The position numbers and the translations under genes are program-made. Positions 56,001 to 64,000 of a DNA stretch of 64,000 bases are shown here, piece by piece. This DNA comes from a virus (Duplodnaviria; Caudoviricetes): IMG/VR virus record IMGVR_UViG_3300032327_000953, positions 160,001 through 224,000 of that record; one strand, given 5' to 3'. The notes under the pieces were generated by a model, which ran no database searches, had not been told where the DNA came from, and saw nothing but the letters and a program-made list of their open reading frames with translations. Position 1 is the stretch's first letter; each line of letters begins with the position of its first letter.

Positions 56001-56335
56001 TGGCAAGATTAAATAAGACTCAGAAGTATGCTATTCAGTGGTTAAATAGTAATGGTAAGACTATTGAAGAAATATCATCTGAATTAGAAATATCAGAAAA
56101 GCAAATTGGTTCGGTACTAGAAAAAAATTCTAATGCAGGAAACAATGATAAGATTCCTGTAGCAACATCAAAGGTTGGCAAGATCCCGAATTTGATGATT
56201 AATGAGACAGCGGCCAAGAGAAACAAAGGTGTGGCGATCATGACCAAGGAAGCCTCAGAAGTTCATGATGCTGCCAGATCAAAGCTTGTTAGTCAAAAGA
56301 AAAATGTAGAAGGAATTTTCCGTCCTAGAGGATAA
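56000..56335 (+). CDS. HTH-domain protein
   Basis: GKTIEEISSELEISEKQI. Confidence 0.7.
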   Translation: MARLNKTQKYAIQWLNSNGKTIEEISSELEISEKQIGSVLEKNSNAGNNDKIPVATSKVGKIPNLMINETAAKRNKGVAIMTKEASEVHDAARSKLVSQKKNVEGIFRPRG

Positions 56336-56343
56336 GAATATCA

Positions 56344-56766
56344 ATGGCTGATAAGTACCCATCGAAGTACTCTAACGATAAGCTTGTTTCTGCAGCACAG
56401 TATATTACTGAGCTAATTTGTGAAAAGAAAGCGAAGTTAGATAAAGAAGATGTTCATGCTAAATTTTGGTTAACAAAGAAGTGGGAAGCTTACTATAGGA
56501 ATCAAATACCAACAGCTAACAAGTTGGTAAAAAAGTTCAACGATAAAGCTATCATAAGGGCATTGAATAGTCCCAAGGCTCAAAAAATCTATTCTCTGCG
56601 AGCGCCACATCTTATTCCTATAATAGAGCAAGAAAATGAAAAGATTCAAAAGGAATCCACAGACATAACTACAAAACTAGATAGGTCTGATAAATCTACA
56701 TTCAGGAAAAACAAAGTAAATAAATCAATTCTATCAAAATTAGAGGACTTAGATAATGGCTCTTAA
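56344..56766 (+). CDS. hypothetical protein
   Basis: ORF track. Confidence 0.65.
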   Translation: MADKYPSKYSNDKLVSAAQYITELICEKKAKLDKEDVHAKFWLTKKWEAYYRNQIPTANKLVKKFNDKAIIRALNSPKAQKIYSLRAPHLIPIIEQENEKIQKESTDITTKLDRSDKSTFRKNKVNKSILSKLEDLDNGS

Positions 56767-57775
56767 AGAAGATGTAAAGAAGAATTTTGGCGAAAATGTT
56801 ATGTTAACAGCCAATTCTGTTATAGATAAAACTATGGTAACAATTCCAGTGAGTCCTGCTCTGGATATTGTTTTAAATGGTGGTATACCAGAAGGTTCCT
56901 TCGTAATTTTTACTGGTCAACCCAAGTGTGGAAAGACTACAACATCCCTAGACTTCTGTGCCACTGCTCAAAGACCAGAGTATGCTTATGGGTCGTTTAA
57001 AGAAGGTAGAGAAGTTTATTATCTGAATATTGAGGGTCGTTTAAAGAAAAGAGACCTAGAAGGTATTCCAGGATTAAATCTAGAAAAATTTAACATTATC
57101 GGATCTCAAGAAGGTAAAATCTTACACGCCGAAGAATATCTACAAATTGGTGAAAGAATTATTAATGAGATTCCAGGATCAGTAGTTATTATAGACTCCT
57201 ATTCTGCTTTATGTACAGAAGCAGAAATCACTAGTGATATGAATAAGATGCAAAGAGCAGATGGTGCTAAACTACTAGCTAAGTTTTGCAGGAAGGTGGC
57301 GAATGTTATTCCTGTTAATAGAAATGTAGTTATAGGTATCACTCATCAAATGGGTAATCCCGGTATGGGTCATAGTGAATGGAAAGAAAAGAGTGGTCAA
57401 GCTATTGCATATCAAACAGATATTAAGATTAAAGCTAACTACTTTAGTCCATGGAATTTAAGTACTGATAGTCCACAAATTGGTCAAGAAGTACATTGGC
57501 AAGTTCTCTGCTCTGCATTAGGTGCTCCTGGCGGTAAAATTACCAGTTATATCAGATATGGACAGGGTATTGATAAGCAGATGGAATTATTAACTCTTGC
57601 TGTGGATTTGGGGCTTGTATCTAAAGGTGGTGCATGGTATACTATGTCATCTGTCGAGGATAAGCCTAAATTTCAGGGTCTTGAGAAAACAAGACAATAT
57701 TTAGTAGATCATCCCGAAGTTTATGACGATTTATGGACGAAGGTCAAGGATACTATGGGAATCAAATGCAAGTAA
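56756..57775 (+). CDS. recA: RecA/UvsX recombinase
   Basis: LNGGIPEG, GQPKCGKTT, IIDS, THQM, YGQGID, GAWY. Confidence 0.92.
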   Translation: MALKEDVKKNFGENVMLTANSVIDKTMVTIPVSPALDIVLNGGIPEGSFVIFTGQPKCGKTTTSLDFCATAQRPEYAYGSFKEGREVYYLNIEGRLKKRDLEGIPGLNLEKFNIIGSQEGKILHAEEYLQIGERIINEIPGSVVIIDSYSALCTEAEITSDMNKMQRADGAKLLAKFCRKVANVIPVNRNVVIGITHQMGNPGMGHSEWKEKSGQAIAYQTDIKIKANYFSPWNLSTDSPQIGQEVHWQVLCSALGAPGGKITSYIRYGQGIDKQMELLTLAVDLGLVSKGGAWYTMSSVEDKPKFQGLEKTRQYLVDHPEVYDDLWTKVKDTMGIKCK

Positions 57776-58188
57776 AAGATCTCGACGGTAATTCTTATAA
57801 TTGGCAACTAATTGGGAATATCGCCCATGGTTCTGCTAAGAATAAGTCTAGTTTACATTTACAAGCTAGAGATTTGATCCATGAGTGTTTTCCAACACTA
57901 CAGGTATTAGAAGAAGTCTCTGTAAATATCAGAAGAACGGAAATTTTATACTTAGATTTTTATCTTCCATTAATTAAAAAATGCGTAGAAGTTCATGGTG
58001 AGCAACATTACAAATTTAATAAATTCTTCCATAATAGTGCCTTGGGTTTTATAAGACACAAGAAGCGAGATCAAGAAAAACAAGAATGGTGTGCATTAAA
58101 TGGTATAGAATATATCGAATTACCATTTGACCAAATAGACCAATGGAAAGCGAGGATAAAAAATGAATACCAAAGAACAAGTGAATGA
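57766..58188 (+). CDS. PD-(D/E)XK endonuclease (Vsr/DUF559-like)
   Basis: LEEV..LDFY..VEVHGEQHY..RD..K..WC. Confidence 0.75.
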   Translation: MQVKDLDGNSYNWQLIGNIAHGSAKNKSSLHLQARDLIHECFPTLQVLEEVSVNIRRTEILYLDFYLPLIKKCVEVHGEQHYKFNKFFHNSALGFIRHKKRDQEKQEWCALNGIEYIELPFDQIDQWKARIKNEYQRTSE

Positions 58189-58645
58189 ATGGGATAAAAT
58201 ACTAGATGAATATGAAAAAGGTATTGGTCTTGGAACTTACAGAGCAGATTCTTTTCCAGAAGAAGAGCTTAATAACTATTTCCAAATGAGTAGGGACGAA
58301 CTAGAAAAGACAACACCAGAAGTTTGTGGAGAAATAGCGTATAGATTAGGCCAATTTGCATTTCATGTTCAGAGGTCTATTAATAGAGAGTTGAGCAGAC
58401 TAAATTGGGCCGATGAGACCATTAAAGAAACCATAGCCGAAGAGTTGAATAACTATAAGGGTTATGGATATATTGAAAAGTCCTGTCAGGCAATTAAGAA
58501 TAATGAAAAAGCAACATCATTAAATAAGATTAAGAAGTATGCTAAGCAAAGAAGTGATAGGCTTCAATACTTAGCTAATAGTATCAAACATTTGTCAGAT
58601 ATCATGTTATCTATTCAAAGAGCAAAGGTGAAAAATGGATCTTGA
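58163..58645 (+). CDS. coiled-coil hypothetical protein
   Basis: ORF track. Confidence 0.6.
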   Translation: MNTKEQVNEWDKILDEYEKGIGLGTYRADSFPEEELNNYFQMSRDELEKTTPEVCGEIAYRLGQFAFHVQRSINRELSRLNWADETIKETIAEELNNYKGYGYIEKSCQAIKNNEKATSLNKIKKYAKQRSDRLQYLANSIKHLSDIMLSIQRAKVKNGS

Positions 58646-59024
58646 AAATTTAGCCAGTAATCCAGAACAAATCAAACAATTAATTTCTCTGCTATCATCA
58701 CTGCTTCCAAAAGATCAAGCAAATGTTATGGAGCAAGACCCACCAGAAGAACCAGAATCAGTTATTAGAACAAAGAAAGTTAAGCAGGATAAAAAGAGGC
58801 ATGTTAATAAATTTTTAGCTATGCCAGAATCCAAGATGCATAAGGATGATGTCGAGATAGATAAGAAATTACAGAAATACCCACCAACTGCAAGAAATAG
58901 AGAATCAGCCTTGGTTGAAGTAACGTGTCGCGTTTGTGGTAAAACCGAAGAAATTGCAAGTCTGCTCGCATCCGAGAGTCGTGGTAGATATAAGTGTAAC
59001 CAATGCTCAACAAGTCCGGGGTGA
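58635..59024 (+). CDS. hypothetical protein with C-terminal zinc ribbon
   Basis: CRVCG..CNQC. Confidence 0.65.
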   Translation: MDLENLASNPEQIKQLISLLSSLLPKDQANVMEQDPPEEPESVIRTKKVKQDKKRHVNKFLAMPESKMHKDDVEIDKKLQKYPPTARNRESALVEVTCRVCGKTEEIASLLASESRGRYKCNQCSTSPG

Positions 59025-59027
59025 AAA

Positions 59028-59426
59028 ATGTTAGATGATTCGATTGTCTCTTCTTTAACAGAGGACGAGAAAAAAGTTTTATTGGACCTGTATATGAAGA
59101 TTGCAGCAAATGCTGAAAAAAATCAACCTCCAGTAAACAAAGAAGAAGATCTATTAACAAAGATAGAATATCAAGCACTACATCAGTATGATGCTCTGGA
59201 ACAAGGCTTATCAAAACTGAATAGTCCAGTAGAATTGGTATTCACTATCAATTGCACAGTATATGAGAAGAATCCCGCAGGCGAACTCATTAATAATAAT
59301 GATATTTTCATCAAGAACTATCATGTGCCACTAGAGAACCAGAGTCAAATCAAAGAGTTTATTGAGTTGTTTTTTAAGAAATTTGTAAGAGTAACAGAAG
59401 ACACTTGTAGAGAAGTTATCAAATAA
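59028..59426 (+). CDS. hypothetical protein
   Basis: ORF track. Confidence 0.55.
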   Translation: MLDDSIVSSLTEDEKKVLLDLYMKIAANAEKNQPPVNKEEDLLTKIEYQALHQYDALEQGLSKLNSPVELVFTINCTVYEKNPAGELINNNDIFIKNYHVPLENQSQIKEFIELFFKKFVRVTEDTCREVIK

Positions 59427-60886
59427 TGATTTTATCAGATCCAGCAGCAGAAAGAGCTGTACTTGCCGGTGTGTGTAGCTATGGCGATAAAGCATACTAT
59501 GACATATCAGATATTCTTTCGGAATCTTGCTTTACAATAGATAGCAATGCTCTTCTTTATAAGTGTTTAAAAAACTTATTCGATAAGGGTCATTCTACCA
59601 ATATAGACATTCCTTCTATAATGTCATCAGCCCAAGAATTAAATCTTGGACATTTGTTGTCAAAGAAGGAAGAAGCACAGCATCTTAAAGCAGTATTAGA
59701 CTTTCCAGTAAGTCTAGATAATGTTCGCAAGTTTGCTGCAAAAATTAAGAAGTTAGATATTGCAAGATTATTGCATAAACAATTAAAGGTTGCTCAGGAT
59801 AAAATACTTGATGTAAACGGATCAGAAAGCATAGCGTCGATTCTCAGTATTGCAGAAGATACGGTCTTTGATTTTACTTCAAAGCTAAACGATAGTGAGG
59901 CTGGGCCAGAAGCTATTTCTTCTAATCTTGAAGAATATATTAAGTATCTGGAAGATCATCCCATTGATCAGGCGGGCATATCAACGGGTTTTAAAATCTA
60001 TGATCAGGCTATTGGTGGGGGATTAAGAAAGAGTACCGTTAATGTTATTGCAGCAAGACCAAAAACGGGCAAAACTCTATTAGCCGATAATATGGGATTT
60101 TATATAGCAAATAAGCTAGGTATTCCAGTATTGAATATGGATACGGAAATGACCAAAGAAGATCATCTCCATAGAGTATTGGCTATGATGACAGAAATAG
60201 AAATTAACACAATCGAAACTGGCAAGTTTGCAGATACCAATGACAAGAAGGCCAAGATAACAGAAGCTGTAGAAGATCTAAAGAAGACTAAACTATACTA
60301 CAAGACGATTGCTGGTAAGCCATTTGAAGAACAATTGTCCATTATGCGTAGATGGATAATTAAGGAGGTTGGTCTTAATGAGGATGGTACAGCAAAAGAT
60401 TGTGTTATATTCTATGACTATCTAAAGCTCATGGACTCTGCTGGAATATCTCAGGATATGAAGGAGTATCAAGTTCTTGGTTTTATGATGACATCCTTGC
60501 ATAATTTTGCTACAAAATATAAAGTTCCAATTGTGGCATTCATACAGTTGAATAGAGACGGTATTACTAAAGAGAGTACGGATACAGCATCTGGCTCAGA
60601 TAGAATCATTTGGCTATGTAGTAATTTTACAATCTTTAAGAGAAAGTCCGATGAAGAGATAGCTGAAGATGGACCAAATAATGGTAATAGAAAACTAGTA
60701 CCATTGATTAGCCGACATGGTGGTGGATTGGATGACAATGACTATATTAATTGTCAAATGAAGGGGTGGTGCGCTAAGATCACCGAAGGAAATACTAGAC
60801 TTGAATTAATTAATAACATCAAACCTAAACAGGCTGACGGATTTATAATAGATGAAAACAATGACCAAGAAATCAACTTCGTATAA
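59426..60886 (+). CDS. dnaB: DnaB-type replicative helicase
   Basis: AERAVL, STGF..D..GG, ARPKTGKT, DTEM, YDYL, QLNR. Confidence 0.92.
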   Translation: MILSDPAAERAVLAGVCSYGDKAYYDISDILSESCFTIDSNALLYKCLKNLFDKGHSTNIDIPSIMSSAQELNLGHLLSKKEEAQHLKAVLDFPVSLDNVRKFAAKIKKLDIARLLHKQLKVAQDKILDVNGSESIASILSIAEDTVFDFTSKLNDSEAGPEAISSNLEEYIKYLEDHPIDQAGISTGFKIYDQAIGGGLRKSTVNVIAARPKTGKTLLADNMGFYIANKLGIPVLNMDTEMTKEDHLHRVLAMMTEIEINTIETGKFADTNDKKAKITEAVEDLKKTKLYYKTIAGKPFEEQLSIMRRWIIKEVGLNEDGTAKDCVIFYDYLKLMDSAGISQDMKEYQVLGFMMTSLHNFATKYKVPIVAFIQLNRDGITKESTDTASGSDRIIWLCSNFTIFKRKSDEEIAEDGPNNGNRKLVPLISRHGGGLDDNDYINCQMKGWCAKITEGNTRLELINNIKPKQADGFIIDENNDQEINFV

Positions 60887-62012
60887 TCAGAACGAACTTA
60901 AATTAATATGCGATGCCTTGTGTGATGATATTGACACAGTTTTGGAAAAGCTTGGAATAGAGTACAAGCAAGCCGGAAGAATGGTATCAATGTCATGCCC
61001 TATACATGGTGGAGATAATCCATCAGCATTAAATCTATATCCAGAGGGCGAAACCTATAGAGGCAATTGGAAGTGTAGAACACACGGATGTGAAAATACT
61101 TTCAAGTCTTCAATTATTGGTTTTATTCGTGGAGTATTATCACACAAGCAACTAGGATGGATAAAAGAAGGAGACGACTCTGTATCATTTTCTGTGGCTA
61201 TTAATTTTGCTAAACAAATATTGAAAGATGATTTTAATGGCATAAAGGTTTCGAAAACACAAATAGAAAAAAGTACGTTCTCTTCTTTTGTAGGTAATGT
61301 TTCCGTAAAAGATAAACCAGTAGAAACAGCATCTTTGGTCTCTAGGAGCGCCGTTAAAAAGAGTCTAAATATACCAGCCCAATATTTCGTGGATCGTGGA
61401 TTTAGTCCAACAATGCTAGGTAAATATGATGTTGGTTTGTGTGACAAGCTTGGAAAAGAGATGTACGAAAGGGCAGTTGCTCCAATATATGATAATGATC
61501 ATAAATTTATGGTAGGATGTACTGGTAGAAGCATATTTAATAAATGTGAAAATTGTTCTAGCTATCATAATCCATCAATGTCTTGTCCAGATGTGGAGAA
61601 TCGTTGGAAACATTCAAAATGGAAACATAACTATGGATTTAAAACACAAAACCACCTATACAACTTGTGGTTTGCAAAAGACTATATCAGAGACACAAAA
61701 ACTGTTATAGTAGTTGAAAGCCCAGGAAACGTATGGAAGTTGGAAGAATGCGGTTTTAGAAATAGTGTTGCAATTTTTGGATCTTCATTAGCAGATAAAC
61801 AAAAAATGTTATTAGATTCATCTGGGGCAATGCAACTAATACTCTTATTAGACAATGATAATGCGGGTAAGCAAGCCACGGATATTATTGCTAAAAAATG
61901 CTCCAGAACGTATAACATATATACTCCAACATTCGTGACTTCGGACATAGCAGATATGGATCAAGAAATTATTATAGAGGAACTTGGTAAACTAACTCAG
62001 AGGTTTGTATGA
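60861..62012 (+). CDS. dnaG: DnaG-type DNA primase
   Basis: CPIH..C.THGC zinc finger; VVESPGN, LDND TOPRIM. Confidence 0.88.
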   Translation: MTKKSTSYNQNELKLICDALCDDIDTVLEKLGIEYKQAGRMVSMSCPIHGGDNPSALNLYPEGETYRGNWKCRTHGCENTFKSSIIGFIRGVLSHKQLGWIKEGDDSVSFSVAINFAKQILKDDFNGIKVSKTQIEKSTFSSFVGNVSVKDKPVETASLVSRSAVKKSLNIPAQYFVDRGFSPTMLGKYDVGLCDKLGKEMYERAVAPIYDNDHKFMVGCTGRSIFNKCENCSSYHNPSMSCPDVENRWKHSKWKHNYGFKTQNHLYNLWFAKDYIRDTKTVIVVESPGNVWKLEECGFRNSVAIFGSSLADKQKMLLDSSGAMQLILLLDNDNAGKQATDIIAKKCSRTYNIYTPTFVTSDIADMDQEIIIEELGKLTQRFV

Positions 62013-62743
62013 CTAAAATTATAGGTTTTTCTGGCAAAAAACAATCTGGTAAAAATACATCAGCAAACTTTATCTACAGTTTGTATATGATTAATCAGGC
62101 TCATTGTCAGAAAGCAAAGATTAATCCCCAAGGTTTAATCGATGTTGTTAAAAATGATAATATGAATATTACTATTGATGTTAATGAATATTATCTTAAT
62201 GCCTCTAACTATATAGATCAAGAAATGCTTGATGTTATCAACAAACTAAATTCATACATTAAAATCTATAGTTTTGCGGATATTCTAAAAAAGAACATAT
62301 GCATGGATCTACTAGACTTAACATACGAACAATGTTATGGTCCAGATTCTTCAAAAAATGAAGTGACAAATGTATTTTGGGAAAACAAATATCTAACTGC
62401 CAGAGAAGTTATGCAGTTCGTTGGAACTGATTTATTCAGAGCAATGAAACCTAATATTTGGCCAGAAAGTACAATTAAAAGAATTCAAGAGGATGCTCCT
62501 GAGTTAGCTCTTATTACTGATTGCAGATTTCCAAATGAAGTGGATGCTATTCATAGTGCTGGTGGTATAGTTATTAGGCTAACAAAAGATAAACATCTAT
62601 CGTCCAGTCATATTAGTGAAACTATTTTAGATAAAAATTCTTATGATTGGAATAATTTTGATTTTATTTTAGATAATGACAATATGTCAATCTATGAACA
62701 GTCGATGGCTCTATATGAACTTTTACAAAATATCCTAGCGTGA
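62009..62743 (+). CDS. deoxynucleoside monophosphate kinase
   Basis: IGFSGKKQSGK, SFADILK, REVMQFVGT, ITDCRFPNE. Confidence 0.85.
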   Translation: MTKIIGFSGKKQSGKNTSANFIYSLYMINQAHCQKAKINPQGLIDVVKNDNMNITIDVNEYYLNASNYIDQEMLDVINKLNSYIKIYSFADILKKNICMDLLDLTYEQCYGPDSSKNEVTNVFWENKYLTAREVMQFVGTDLFRAMKPNIWPESTIKRIQEDAPELALITDCRFPNEVDAIHSAGGIVIRLTKDKHLSSSHISETILDKNSYDWNNFDFILDNDNMSIYEQSMALYELLQNILA

Positions 62744-62751
62744 GGTGACCC

Positions 62752-63792
62752 ATTATAATTACATACTTTAGAAGCTCATCATATAATACTCATTCAATGT
62801 GTGAGCAACAGTACTTTATGGAGTACGTATTAGGTTGGAGATCGCCTAGTAATCAAAAAGCAGACAAGGGAACTATTGTTCATAAGGTTTTGGAAATCTT
62901 GGCCGTTATCAAAAAAGCACAGCAAGATAATCAAGATTCTATAAATGATGATATTCTTGGAGATCTTCCAGTAGTTGGATATGATCTGGAAAACATCATA
63001 AAAAATGTATACGATTATTATATAGGATTATGCCATCACCATAAGTGGGCAGAAAAAGATTTTACAGATTGTCGGAAGTGGGTATATAAAGCTCTAGAAT
63101 TTAATAATGGGATGTTTGATCCTAGGAATAGAGATATCCTGTGTCCAGAACAAAGGTTTGACATAGCTATCAATAAGAAGTGGGCAGAATATGAGTATGA
63201 CTATAAAGATCAAAAAATTAAAGGTACTCTTGGCCTAAAGGGAACTATAGACCTAATAACCAAAGTTGATGATTCAACCATAGAAATTATTGACTGGAAA
63301 ACAGGGAAAAGATTAGATTGGGCTACTGGACAAGAAAAGACCCAAGAAAAGCTAGAAAATGATCCACAGTTAAGAATCTATCACTATGCTGTTCAAAAAC
63401 TATATCCCGATATTCCCCATGTTATCGTTACGATATTTTTTATCAACGACGGTGGTCCATTCAGTATAATCTTTGACAAGTCTGATCTGCCAAAAACAGA
63501 AGAAATGCTAAAAGATAAATTTGAGATTATTAAGAAAGCAAGAAAACCAGCATTAAAGAAAAGCTGGATGTGCAGTAAGCTATGTCACTTTGGTAAAACA
63601 ACTTTTGACAATACTCATATTAATCCATTAGAAGAATATAGAGATGGACAGCTTTGTGCCAAAGACTCCAATATGACCAAGTGCGAACAAATAAAGCATG
63701 ACATAGAGATGAAAGGTATGGATATGGTCATTGACGAATACTCCGCCAAGGGGCATAATATAGGAAACTACAAAGCCCCAGGAACCATTTAA
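62752..63792 (+). CDS. Cas4/RecB-like PD-(D/E)XK nuclease, probable non-AUG start
   Basis: RSSSYNTHSMC, GTIVHKVLE, PEQRF, GTIDL, IIDWKTG, QLRIY; C-terminal Cys cluster. Confidence 0.85.
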   Translation: MIITYFRSSSYNTHSMCEQQYFMEYVLGWRSPSNQKADKGTIVHKVLEILAVIKKAQQDNQDSINDDILGDLPVVGYDLENIIKNVYDYYIGLCHHHKWAEKDFTDCRKWVYKALEFNNGMFDPRNRDILCPEQRFDIAINKKWAEYEYDYKDQKIKGTLGLKGTIDLITKVDDSTIEIIDWKTGKRLDWATGQEKTQEKLENDPQLRIYHYAVQKLYPDIPHVIVTIFFINDGGPFSIIFDKSDLPKTEEMLKDKFEIIKKARKPALKKSWMCSKLCHFGKTTFDNTHINPLEEYRDGQLCAKDSNMTKCEQIKHDIEMKGMDMVIDEYSAKGHNIGNYKAPGTI

Positions 63793-63858
63793 TACACACT
63801 CATACACATTTTAAGTTTTTCTCCAAATTAGTGTATATGTATGTATAAGGAGAAACAT

Positions 63859-64000
63859 ATGGGGCGTAAAATCGAAAATGGCAGATTTACTAAATGTTAC
63901 GATAAAAAGCTAACTAAAAAATTCTTAGAAAAAGAATATCCAAAAAAAGGGGCATATGTTCTTTCTAAATCTTTAAATATACATGTTAAGACGATATATA
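63859..64000 (+). CDS. 5' part of a basic protein with HTH-like start (possibly homing endonuclease), runs off the window
   Basis: AAGGAG RBS; MGRKIENG..LSKSLNIHVKTIY. Confidence 0.55.
   Translation, partial: MGRKIENGRFTKCYDKKLTKKFLEKEYPKKGAYVLSKSLNIHVKTIY

Noticed and set aside
58163-58645. UvsY recombination mediator call
   Set aside because: Only size, coiled-coil character and position near recA support it; no recognisable motif
51330-60886. Inteins or introns in RNR, RecA or DnaB
   Set aside because: Lengths are normal and motifs contiguous; no intein termini
63792-63846. ATACAC / GTGTAT inverted copies around the last promoter motif
   Set aside because: Only 6-7 bp of pairing in AT-rich DNA; too weak to report as a structure
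1-64000. Alternative genetic code (stop reassignment)
   Set aside because: Conserved genes are intact in code 11 and end at TAA, TAG and TGA

Overview
A 64-kb, visibly AT-rich segment of a large (probably jumbo) tailed dsDNA phage genome using genetic code 11. Genes lie almost all on the + strand; exceptions are one free-standing HNH gene and a 4-gene glycan-modification cassette. Contents: (i) an early region with host sigma70-type promoters (DNA ligase, HhH glycosylase-like gene, PspC, phosphoesterase, rIIA/rIIB, RepB-type primase, RuvB); (ii) a tRNA-Leu(UAA) split by a group I intron and abutted by a convergent HNH endonuclease; (iii) a protease plus volactin-like actin operon; (iv) three groups of glycosyl-/methyl-/sulfotransferase genes; (v) auxiliary genes (GMP reductase, macrodomain, sigma factor, ClpP, degenerate bacterioferritin and DERA); (vi) virion and membrane genes including a 1094-aa adhesin and a papain-like peptidase; (vii) a nucleotide metabolism/replication block (dCMP deaminase, class II RNR, PhoH, RecA, DnaB, DnaG, dNMP kinase, Cas4-like nuclease). 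Best leads: several early genes contain no TTA codon at all while neighbours use TTA heavily, next to an intron-gated tRNA-Leu(UAA); an anticodon-less tRNA/tmRNA-like RNA with a G3:U70 pair behind rIIB; and a phage volactin-like actin flanked by three proteases. All family calls come from recognised motifs and manual counts, not database searches.
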